A stretch of 59,501 nt of DNA from Candidatus Thorarchaeota archaeon (lineage in GTDB: Archaea; Asgardarchaeota; Lokiarchaeia; Sigyniarchaeales; SOKP01), in the NCBI GenBank assembly GCA_048883045.1, contig JBHLRA010000003.1, positions 1 to 59,501 on the forward strand. Direction: 5' to 3'. Every line of letters begins with the position of its first letter. Position 1 is the stretch's first letter. The translations under genes were made by a program, and so were the position numbers. The notes under the pieces are model-generated. The model made no database searches and was not told the DNA's origin. It saw only the letters and a program-made list of their open reading frames with translations. Shown piece by piece: positions 34,027-42,313 of the stretch.

Positions 34027-36539
34027 TATGGATTTATCCCCAACAAGAAGTCTTGTTGTTCTTCATTAACTCTTATTTGTATTTGTTCTAATATATAAAA
34101 GAATATTGCTTCAAGATGGGGTTCAAGGCCTTCAGCATTTATTGTGATTAGAGGGTCACCGCGGTTAAATGCTGTAATACGGGCTTGTAATGCTGCAATC
34201 TGGGCTTCTGTTAATTCTTTTTGGAGTTTAAGTGATTCTTCACGTCGTTCATTTTCTTGCCGAATTTGTTCTTCTATATTCCATCTAGTTATAAAGTCCA
34301 TATCTCCTTCAGCAAGTAATCCGAATAATTCTGATAAAACATCGCCAGTGGATTCTATAGCTACATTCACTGATTCAAAAGCAGCTTCAATGCGTTTTGT
34401 ATCTGCTTCTATTTGAGCAATGTCTATTTCAGCTCTGAGTTCTAAGGATTTCTCAAGAATCTTTGCTTCAGTTTCAAGTCGTTCTTTTATACGTGCTAAT
34501 TCATCTGGAGCAGTTACAGGTTTTACTTTTACTTCACGGGTTTTTGGTATAGTTGCATCCATTTGTTCTTGTACTATTCCAGCTTGTAATGTATCCCAAG
34601 CAGCACCAGTTTGTATTATTTTAGAATCAGGAATTGATTCATCAATTTGAGTTCCTACTTTTTTGACTTCGTCAGTCATTTCTTTTGCTGCAGATCCTAC
34701 GGCAAAAGTAGTTTCATTCCAGGCATCTGATATCACACCTGCGCGTTCTTTTATATCTTCCCATCCACCTTTTACAAATTCATCTGTAGCTTCTTTGGCA
34801 TTTTTTATTGTATCAACCATACCAAAAGTTGCAGTATTAGCAAATGATAATAATGTATCAACAAATAATGCCCAGGATAAAATCCATGTATCCATGATAA
34901 TTTGAGCACCTTGATATAATGTTATTAAACTATCATGGATTACTTCAAAAGAATCAGATAATTTAAAACTTGAATCTTTCATAGATAATAAAGCTGTGCC
35001 AAGATATAAACCTGCTTCTTGTAATATCACAGCTCCAGCTAATAACTTACCTATTGTACTTGAACTTTTGTCATCTAAAGCCGTAAATGATTCCACACTT
35101 TCATATATTTTAGTAAACAAGCTACCAAAAACAGGAATCATTCCGTTTGTAACATCAATCAATGTTGCTATTATATTAACTATGCCTTGTAATATTTCAT
35201 ATAGACCTTCAGGTGTTGTAAGATCTAAATCAAATAAATCTTGTATAGATTTTGATGTTCCACTTAATGCTTCAGTAATAACACTAAAATCCATACGAGA
35301 TAAAGTTTCTGGGATTACATCTGCCACACCTTTTAAGAATTCTGTAAGTTTGGCAATAAAATCATCATAAGCATTAAATAAAACATCAAAAGAACCCTCA
35401 TTAATTCCTTTTGTTAATACTTGGAATATTTGAGAAATAATATTTACAGCCTTACCATAACCCTCTTCTAAAGATGTACCAATAGTGACTAAAAGAATAT
35501 CTAGATTATTAAGAAATCTTTGATTAACTAATTCAAAATTATTCTGCATTTTTTCAAACGCAACGCCTACAACTCCAGCACGGTTTGACATTCCTTCAAG
35601 AGCCGTTGCCATATATCCAGCATTATCTCCACCTATGACAAGGGCAGACCCTAAACCTCTGACATTACCAAATAATTCTGCAACCGCTCCAGCATTTCCT
35701 TGTACTTTATTGAATACATCTTGCATAATAGCTACAAAACCATCAGATCTTAATCTAGCTGCATCAAATTGTATTCCAAGTGTTTTTGCTGCTTCTGCTG
35801 CTTCTCCTGAAGGTTTAAGAATATTACTTATAGCTGTTCTAATAGAAGTCATTGCTTTCGATGTTGGCAAACCTGCTGCTGTCAATGTTGCTACCGCCGC
35901 CGCTACTTCATCAAAAGATATACCCGCTGGAGCTGCTACCGCTGTTACCATAGCAAAAGAATCTGCCAACTCCGGTAATGTCGTCAAACCATATTTAACA
36001 GTTTGAAAAAATACATCAGAATAATCACCAGCCTCGGATGCAGCCGCACCGTAAGCATTCATTGTTGATACAAGAGCTTTAGTGGTACTCTCTAAATCTC
36101 CCCTACCTGCAATAGCTAATTTTTCAGCTTCTCGGACAAAATCAATAGAATCTTTATAATCAATTTGGCCAGATACAGCCATGTACAAAGCGCCGGTTAT
36201 GTCTTCTAAACTCTTAGAAGAATCAGCACCATAAGCTAAAATCTGAGTTCTATATTGTTCCAGATCTGCCGTACTGGCATCAATTAAAGTTGATATTTCT
36301 GCAAATGCATCATTAAACTCACCAGACTTTTTTATAGATAAAGCCATGCCGCCAACCGCCAAAGCTGTCAAAGCTGCATCCGCCGCAATAATACCCTTTC
36401 CAATTTGCGCGAACGGATCAACAATTTTCATTGCCATTCGGTCAAGCTGGTCTAATGATGCCGTAATATTCTTAACCGCAGTTGTGACTTTATCATCTGC
36501 ATTAAATATTATATCAACTGTTCTACTTACATTTGCCAT
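34026..36539 (-). CDS. Tail tape measure protein
   Basis: 837 aa. Ala/Gly-rich helical N-half and coiled-coil C-half. Immediately downstream of the frameshifted chaperone gene. Confidence 0.85.
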   Translation of the reverse strand: MANVSRTVDIIFNADDKVTTAVKNITASLDQLDRMAMKIVDPFAQIGKGIIAADAALTALAVGGMALSIKKSGEFNDAFAEISTLIDASTADLEQYRTQILAYGADSSKSLEDITGALYMAVSGQIDYKDSIDFVREAEKLAIAGRGDLESTTKALVSTMNAYGAAASEAGDYSDVFFQTVKYGLTTLPELADSFAMVTAVAAPAGISFDEVAAAVATLTAAGLPTSKAMTSIRTAISNILKPSGEAAEAAKTLGIQFDAARLRSDGFVAIMQDVFNKVQGNAGAVAELFGNVRGLGSALVIGGDNAGYMATALEGMSNRAGVVGVAFEKMQNNFELVNQRFLNNLDILLVTIGTSLEEGYGKAVNIISQIFQVLTKGINEGSFDVLFNAYDDFIAKLTEFLKGVADVIPETLSRMDFSVITEALSGTSKSIQDLFDLDLTTPEGLYEILQGIVNIIATLIDVTNGMIPVFGSLFTKIYESVESFTALDDKSSSTIGKLLAGAVILQEAGLYLGTALLSMKDSSFKLSDSFEVIHDSLITLYQGAQIIMDTWILSWALFVDTLLSFANTATFGMVDTIKNAKEATDEFVKGGWEDIKERAGVISDAWNETTFAVGSAAKEMTDEVKKVGTQIDESIPDSKIIQTGAAWDTLQAGIVQEQMDATIPKTREVKVKPVTAPDELARIKERLETEAKILEKSLELRAEIDIAQIEADTKRIEAAFESVNVAIESTGDVLSELFGLLAEGDMDFITRWNIEEQIRQENERREESLKLQKELTEAQIAALQARITAFNRGDPLITINAEGLEPHLEAIFFYILEQIQIRVNEEQQDFLLGINP

Positions 36540-37158
36540 TATTTTTTAACTTTCTTTGTCTTGGCGTTTAAATCTTTTAAATATGCATCCCATAAAAGAA
36601 TCTCATCTCTTGTCAAAAATCCATAAGGAAATAAATCCGGTCTTACTTGAAACAAAAATTGCCCCCTGACATGACATAAAGCAAGAGCTACCCTCACTTC
36701 TGGGTCTTGCCAGAGGGCTTGGCTTTTCCCAATTCTGAACCAAGTCCTGTGAGTCTAGTTATTGCGTTTGTTAAGTCATAAAATTCTATTGGAAAACATC
36801 TACAAAGTTTTTTAGCTAAACTCAAATCAACTTTGGGGTCTACACTACCAAGCTGTATCATTTCTAGTCTACGTGCTATATCATCTGGTACTTTTGCGTC
36901 TGATGTACCTATAGTTTGTTTTATTGCTTCTATTTTATCTCTATCAATATTACTTAATAATCCATCAAGAATAGCTGCTACATTTTTATTTTTCTGTACT
37001 GCCTGGTTAACCCGACCAAGTTCTTCACCTGTGAGATTACGAACTTTAAAAATTGGATCTTCTTTTGGATCAAAATAATCTCTTAAAACTTCCATTTTTA
37101 CAGATTCTATTCGTTCTATAAATTTTGCATTTTGAAATTTATTAACATCAAATCCCAT
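36539..37158 (-). CDS. Tail assembly chaperone, -1 frameshift-extended form (lambda gpGT analogue)
   Basis: After a slip at 36724..36730, the -1 frame stays open for 61 codons (SQALWQDPEVRVALALCH...NAKTKKVKK). Its TAA overlaps the tape-measure ATG (TAATG). Confidence 0.65.
36694..37158 (-). CDS. Tail assembly chaperone (lambda gpG analogue)
   Basis: 154 aa. Lies between the tube gene and the tape measure. Contains the in-frame slippery heptamer G_GGA_AAA. Confidence 0.75.
   Translation of the reverse strand: MGFDVNKFQNAKFIERIESVKMEVLRDYFDPKEDPIFKVRNLTGEELGRVNQAVQKNKNVAAILDGLLSNIDRDKIEAIKQTIGTSDAKVPDDIARRLEMIQLGSVDPKVDLSLAKKLCRCFPIEFYDLTNAITRLTGLGSELGKAKPSGKTQK
36724..36730 (-). promoter_or_regulatory. 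Programmed -1 ribosomal frameshift slippery site G_GGA_AAA
   Basis: X_XXY_YYZ heptamer in the zero frame (TTG GGA AAA), 10 codons before the gpG-like stop. Confidence 0.7.
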
Positions 37159-37177
37159 GATAGCCTCCCATAATTTG

Positions 37178-37207
37178 GCCGGGGAGACGTTGGACTATCT
37201 CCCCGGC
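37178..37207 (-). other. GC-rich stem-loop between the tube gene and the chaperone gene
   Basis: Perfect 10-bp stem GCCGGGGAGA / TCTCCCCGGC with a 10-nt loop. No U-tract on either strand. Confidence 0.7.
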
Positions 37208-37225
37208 ATTATCCAACAATTTATA

Positions 37226-38245
37226 CTATGCGGACATCTCTACAGAAACAATACTTGCCGATATTGTGCAAGATAATGTTATACTACCATCTGCAGGAAA
37301 TGCCCGTGTGACTCCAAGTTTTCCTTGACATAACAAATAAGGATCTTTATATTGATCCGGAAAGAATTTAAAAACAAGTTTCTGATTCTTCAATGTTGCT
37401 AGCGGATCTGTTATTCCATCTTGACCGTATGAAGTAAACGAACCTTGATTTATACTCGAAGAACTAGACCCAATGACTCCACCGTAAACTTGTTGGGATG
37501 AGACAGAATGCGATTCATCCGGCGGCACAAAATCAGATACAGGTCTTGCTTCAGAATATATGACATCATAATACTCTGCATAGACTCCTTTGACAACAGG
37601 ACCCACATGGTCAAGCCCCAAAGCTGAAACAAAGCTAATCGATCCCCCATCTGTTGCGTCTTTTTCTGTGGGTAGATAATTGATTTCCCATATAGGATAA
37701 TCCCAACGCTCTTGATGGACACCAATAACTTGATAGATTTCGTCTTCGGCCACGACTGCTGCTACAGAAGAATCAAACCAGATTTGGCCCACTTCGATGT
37801 AAGAAACTGTGATGAGAGGTGGACCGCCAGCGGCCCCGCGCGTGGTTGAAAATGCACCACCATCAACACCAGCAACTTCAGCATATGCCCCTAAATTTGT
37901 GACACATATAGAATCTTTCTTGTGAGTTGCTCCACCACCACCAGCAGGCCGTGTGCAAGCTATAGACGCAGCAATTACAGAAGTTTCAACTCCAGCCAAA
38001 TAACAAGTACATGCCGCAATATCTACAGTATCATTTACTAAAGCATCATCAGGTGTAATAGCACCACCTGTTATAACTCCATCTGGCTTAACATCTGGAC
38101 TATAACCACTCTGGTCTGACCAGACTGTGCCATTAGACGTGAATGTGATATGATCACCTGAATCTGTCAAAGCCTCCATGGCATAAAAAGTATGACCTGC
38201 TTCATATTGCAATTTAGCATTTTCAGCAGTATTCGAACTTAACAT
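37226..38245 (-). CDS. Major tail (tube) protein
   Basis: 339 aa. Position directly upstream of the G/GT chaperone. Strong SD GGAGGT. Followed by a stabilising hairpin. Confidence 0.65.
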   Translation of the reverse strand: MLSSNTAENAKLQYEAGHTFYAMEALTDSGDHITFTSNGTVWSDQSGYSPDVKPDGVITGGAITPDDALVNDTVDIAACTCYLAGVETSVIAASIACTRPAGGGGATHKKDSICVTNLGAYAEVAGVDGGAFSTTRGAAGGPPLITVSYIEVGQIWFDSSVAAVVAEDEIYQVIGVHQERWDYPIWEINYLPTEKDATDGGSISFVSALGLDHVGPVVKGVYAEYYDVIYSEARPVSDFVPPDESHSVSSQQVYGGVIGSSSSSINQGSFTSYGQDGITDPLATLKNQKLVFKFFPDQYKDPYLLCQGKLGVTRAFPADGSITLSCTISASIVSVEMSA

Positions 38246-38261
38246 ATTATATTACCTCCGT

Positions 38262-38954
38262 TTAAACGTATGGATTGTCGAATGCTGTCGTATATTGCAT
38301 TCTTATATTTAAGACTACTTCGATTATTTTTTCCCCTGGATCTGGAGATATGTCTATTCCGGCTTGATCATAAATAACCTGGCCAACTGCAGTGCCATAC
38401 GGATATATGCGGTCTGAGTCACCCGCTATTGTTGCAGAATCAATACCTGAGACTTGGATTAATTCAGATTGATAATTTCCATCTTGATAGCGAAGTTTGA
38501 GGGTACCGTAAGCATTTGCAGTTGCCCAAGATCCACCATTGATTGTTACATCTGTAACAATAGAAGTTGCTCCACTAATTTTACCTGTTATTGTATTACC
38601 TTCTGAAATTTCATGATCACCTAAAGTGAAATCTAACTCATAAATAGGATTGAACACATTTATTATTAAATCACCTAGAAGAGTTTCACCTAGAACTGAT
38701 GGGTTTTGACTACTTGTAAATTCTCTATATGCTTTGATCTCCACCGGCATATCATGTACAGCTTCAGAATATCTTTTCTCTATATTTTCAAGTCCAGGGA
38801 TGACTAATATAGCAGGTAGTTCAGATTCGTGAATTTGATTACGGCCGCGAATTATTTTAGCATCTGCAAAAGTATTATTATAACCATAAGTAGATTTAAT
38901 ATATTTGAGTTGAGTTATAAGATTCTGAATTACTGTTTCTCGAATAGTATTCAT
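38262..38954 (-). CDS. Neck/tail-terminator-position protein carrying an inserted GSWA module
   Basis: 230 aa. Occupies the lambda gpU position. Residues ~117..170 match a module shared with 46232..47170 and 40286..41908. Confidence 0.4.
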   Translation of the reverse strand: MNTIRETVIQNLITQLKYIKSTYGYNNTFADAKIIRGRNQIHESELPAILVIPGLENIEKRYSEAVHDMPVEIKAYREFTSSQNPSVLGETLLGDLIINVFNPIYELDFTLGDHEISEGNTITGKISGATSIVTDVTINGGSWATANAYGTLKLRYQDGNYQSELIQVSGIDSATIAGDSDRIYPYGTAVGQVIYDQAGIDISPDPGEKIIEVVLNIRMQYTTAFDNPYV

Positions 38955-39142
38955 TAAAATTTTATTCCTTTGGTATCAAGATCAATATTAGCAGCTTTGC
39001 ATAATCTTTGTGATATATCAATCAATTCATTTATAGTTAATTTACGATCTGCAATAGCTTTTTCTATTGTTTCTAAGACTTGAACTTTATCTGCCATTGA
39101 TATAAATTTTATTGCTATTGTTAAATACTTTAAATATTTCAT
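38954..39142 (-). CDS. Hypothetical small protein
   Basis: 62-aa ORF. AGGGAGG SD. Confidence 0.45.
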   Translation of the reverse strand: MKYLKYLTIAIKFISMADKVQVLETIEKAIADRKLTINELIDISQRLCKAANIDLDTKGIKF

Positions 39143-39163
39143 TTTTTAACCTCCCTTACTGCT

Positions 39164-39763
39164 TTAAAGTCTAGATAACATATAATCAATTTGTGATGCA
39201 AGTTGTTTGTCAAGTCTAGCATTTGCTTTTTCTTGCACACGATCAAATGTTGCTTTATTTGATAAAACGTCTGGAATACGAGATCCATATAATTGTTTTA
39301 TTACTGACCGTCCTGTTCGGCTTGTTCGTGGTGGTTGTTCTATTTCAAATAACCCAACATGGCCAGACGGCATTGTCATTCTAAAAGCATGAGCTAATAA
39401 TGTTTTACCCCGGTTTCTTTGTATTGTCACATAAACTTTCTTTGCAAAACTGGCTTTATTTCCACGTTGATTACTATATTGAATTAATGGAACATTTGCA
39501 CTTTTTGTTGAAATAGATCCCCATAGTTTCAGACTTGATGCATAACTAAAAACAAAAGTTTTTTCTGCATCTTTACCAGTTTGTTTATTGAGAAAAGTTT
39601 TAGTAAGATTTACATCTGCTACTATCTCGTTACTTACATCAGTTTTAACACCATTAAGAGTATTATTGATGGCCCTAGTTAATACACCAGGGCCACCGTG
39701 ATAAATTGCATCAAGTAAAGCTTGAGTTTGTTTTAATTCAACTTGTATTGTTACATTGGCCAC
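39164..39763 (-). CDS. Tail completion protein (lambda gpZ-like), GTG start
   Basis: 199 aa. The N-terminal pattern (ANVTIQVE...AINNTLNGVKTDVSNEI) and the position resemble the minor tail protein Z family. Confidence 0.45.
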   Translation of the reverse strand: MANVTIQVELKQTQALLDAIYHGGPGVLTRAINNTLNGVKTDVSNEIVADVNLTKTFLNKQTGKDAEKTFVFSYASSLKLWGSISTKSANVPLIQYSNQRGNKASFAKKVYVTIQRNRGKTLLAHAFRMTMPSGHVGLFEIEQPPRTSRTGRSVIKQLYGSRIPDVLSNKATFDRVQEKANARLDKQLASQIDYMLSRL

Positions 39764-39768
39764 AATCT

Positions 39769-40284
39769 TTATTTTTGTTTAGGTACTGTATCTAAACTAT
39801 TCTGAGGATATAGAGTTATTTTATCTTTCATTTTACTAATAATTTCTGCCTTTTCAGATGTAGTTGCTAAATCATCTTCTAAAATTACAATATCTTCATG
39901 TGTAAAATCTTCTACAGTAAATTTATATTTAGGTTGCACATGGATTTCATACCAATCCGGAGGCGTTGCATTTTCGTCAAACCAATATTTTACAAGATCT
40001 CCTTCATCATTGTAAAATCTAGCTGTTTCAACTTGGATTAAATCAGTTAAAGTTGTCAATTCTATTTTTGTCATATTAGCAATGTGGATAATTTCAAATA
40101 ATTCATAACCTGGCCCTGTTAAATCAACATCATCATCCTGTATTTCTACAATATCCCATATATCACAGATTCCTTCACGTTCAGTTTCCAAACCAATACA
40201 AACTAATTGAACAGCTTGACATGTTGTAACAATACAAAAACATAAAATTAATAATACTACTAACATTTTAATAAATCTTTTCAT
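39769..40284 (-). CDS. Secreted paralogue of 41909..42313
   Basis: Start moved to ATG 40284 (MKRFIKMLVVLLILCFCIVTTCQA). Shares IQDDDVDLTGPGYELFEI and YW..........WYEI..PKY with the 134-aa ORF. Confidence 0.55.
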   Translation of the reverse strand: MKRFIKMLVVLLILCFCIVTTCQAVQLVCIGLETEREGICDIWDIVEIQDDDVDLTGPGYELFEIIHIANMTKIELTTLTDLIQVETARFYNDEGDLVKYWFDENATPPDWYEIHVQPKYKFTVEDFTHEDIVILEDDLATTSEKAEIISKMKDKITLYPQNSLDTVPKQK

Positions 40285-40285
40285 A

Positions 40286-41908
40286 TTATAGCCTTTCGTC
40301 ATTGTCAATATCATCCCATAATGGTAGATTTGCGTCGGATGATAAATTTGTACCATGTGCCTGCGCCAATGTATCACCCGCACCTAAATGGAAATCATCT
40401 CCACCTTCATTATTAAAGGTTACATCCCCAAAAATATTGGTACATACTGCATAATTTTTCCCAGATATAAAAATATCATCATTTAATCCAAGTTTACCTA
40501 TACCTGCTTCTGCTATAGATGTTACATATGTATATGTTGTATCAGTTGTGTTTCTTACAACATTGCCAACTATTATACCTGAAAATGTTTCCCCTGAATC
40601 TACTAATTTATTTGCTTCTGTTCCATCTGCTGTTCCAGTTGTATGACTTGTAACAGATGCAACATAAGCAATTTGTGAATTTCCTATATTATAACTAGAT
40701 GCTATATTTATAGCACCATAAAAGGGGTATCCCGTTGCATATATATCATTTACAATACAATTATGTACTATTAAACTAGTGAATCCTTGCATCCCATTAG
40801 AGCAATTGAATATAGTAATATTGTATGCGTATCCTTGCATAGATATAGCTATATTACCATCTTTTGCCCCATTTTCCCAATCATATATAATACAATTATA
40901 TGCATATGTAATATTATTATTATTTATACCATATGCATTATTATCCCCACCTGTTAAGGTAGCTTTAATTATAGAATAACCAATATGTACATAACTTGCA
41001 GTCCCATATACTCCAACACATCCACTACCACTATTATTATATAATTGTAAATTTTCTAACTTTACATGTCCATCCGAAACAGTTATTAAATCTCCTGTTC
41101 CTGTTTCCAAGAACCATTTATTCCCATTCCATATTCCAGAATGTTTTTGGTCATTTACACTTTCTTCATTTCCTTGTGGTGCAAAAACATATAATGTATG
41201 TTCCACATCTGTTGTAGCTCCATCAATAGTTACATTTGTGCTGTCTGCTGTTTGGTCATCATGATCATAATAGAGACAAATATGTGCCATAATATCAGCA
41301 TTACCAGCAGTCAAATTAGTATCATTTATATGATTTGCATCTAAATATCCTGCCTCTGCTGCCGATAAAGAAGCATATTCATGATGAATAGAATTAACAG
41401 TTTCAGGCCCAGCAACATTACCTGCATCTGTTCCATCTGGATCTTTAACAACAAATTCATCAACCATGTTACCTTGCAAAGTGCTATTTGTTGTTAATAT
41501 ATTTGCAGATCTAGTTGGCCGGACACGATTTATATTTTCTCCAGATTGAAATGTTCCTATAACTTTGCGGAAATAAATATAACCTGCTGCATCAGTTCCA
41601 GCCCAAGAACCAGATGATAATTCTACAGCTCTGACAATTCCTATTGCTCCAGATGTTACACCTCGAAGCTTATTATTTATTAATGGTTCGACTGACCCAG
41701 AATTAAAAGCTATACGGCATGGTGCAATATAAACAAGAGTTGGCCCTGATCCAAAATCAATACAATCTCCTGCACCGATATTACCTGTTTGGTCTACAGT
41801 TAAAGTTGCAACTCCTGACGTTATAGATAATGTAGGTGATCCTGTTTTTATATCACCTGTTCCGAAAGGTGACGCACTAAAAAATACTACATTTGCCGCC
41901 GTTGCCAT
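40286..41908 (-). CDS. Beta-helix-like fibre/spike protein (possible glycan-binding or depolymerase) with N-terminal SGSWAG module
   Basis: 540 aa. Repetitive N-x-I/N-C-I turns (NNITYAYNCIIYD, YNITIFNCSNG, IVHNCIVNDI). Residues ~78..128 carry the shared module. Confidence 0.45.
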   Translation of the reverse strand: MATAANVVFFSASPFGTGDIKTGSPTLSITSGVATLTVDQTGNIGAGDCIDFGSGPTLVYIAPCRIAFNSGSVEPLINNKLRGVTSGAIGIVRAVELSSGSWAGTDAAGYIYFRKVIGTFQSGENINRVRPTRSANILTTNSTLQGNMVDEFVVKDPDGTDAGNVAGPETVNSIHHEYASLSAAEAGYLDANHINDTNLTAGNADIMAHICLYYDHDDQTADSTNVTIDGATTDVEHTLYVFAPQGNEESVNDQKHSGIWNGNKWFLETGTGDLITVSDGHVKLENLQLYNNSGSGCVGVYGTASYVHIGYSIIKATLTGGDNNAYGINNNNITYAYNCIIYDWENGAKDGNIAISMQGYAYNITIFNCSNGMQGFTSLIVHNCIVNDIYATGYPFYGAINIASSYNIGNSQIAYVASVTSHTTGTADGTEANKLVDSGETFSGIIVGNVVRNTTDTTYTYVTSIAEAGIGKLGLNDDIFISGKNYAVCTNIFGDVTFNNEGGDDFHLGAGDTLAQAHGTNLSSDANLPLWDDIDNDERL

Positions 41909-42313
41909 TTATTTTTTCTTCTTTGCTGGAGGTTCTTGTTCGTCATTATTTTCTGGTAATAATGTAAATGCTGTCAAAATTGTATCTATTATTGCTAATT
42001 TTGTAGCTTTATCGGTATTAGGATTTTTTAATTTATTCAGATCACCTACTGAAACACCTGTAAGATTATGATTATATTTTGGCATATTATTAATTTTATA
42101 CCAAATTAAATCTTCTGAATTTAACCAATAACGACCACCATTTTCAAATTTTCTATCCGGCCATTTTTCATTGAATATGGATTTAATTTCAGCTTTTGTA
42201 ACATTAGGGATATCAAATATTTCAAAATTGGCATAACCTGCCCCAGTTAATTCAACATCATCATCATGAATCTCTGTTATATTATAATTAGTGTCTAAGA
42301 CTGCCCTAGCCAT
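41909..42313 (-). CDS. Hypothetical protein, paralogue of 39769..40284
   Basis: 134 aa. IHDDDVELTGAGYANFEI motif. Confidence 0.55.
   Translation of the reverse strand: MARAVLDTNYNITEIHDDDVELTGAGYANFEIFDIPNVTKAEIKSIFNEKWPDRKFENGGRYWLNSEDLIWYKINNMPKYNHNLTGVSVGDLNKLKNPNTDKATKLAIIDTILTAFTLLPENNDEQEPPAKKKK

Noticed and set aside
34144-36549. Seven plus-strand ORFs of 67-124 aa antisense to the tape measure gene
   Set aside because: Antisense open frames are typical of Ala/Gly/Ser-rich tape-measure genes. No SDs are present, and they lie on the opposite strand to the whole operon.
13089-37725. Nested same-strand alternative-frame ORFs (13089..13325, 14840..15046, 21707..21919, 22804..23064, 26225..26422, 33044..33244, 37450..37725)
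   Set aside because: Each lies wholly inside a longer ORF that has recognisable motifs or synteny. None has independent support.
40285-40383. N-terminal extension of track ORF 39769..40383, overlapping the 540-aa gene by 98 nt
   Set aside because: The internal ATG 40284 lies one nt after the upstream stop codon and begins a typical signal peptide.
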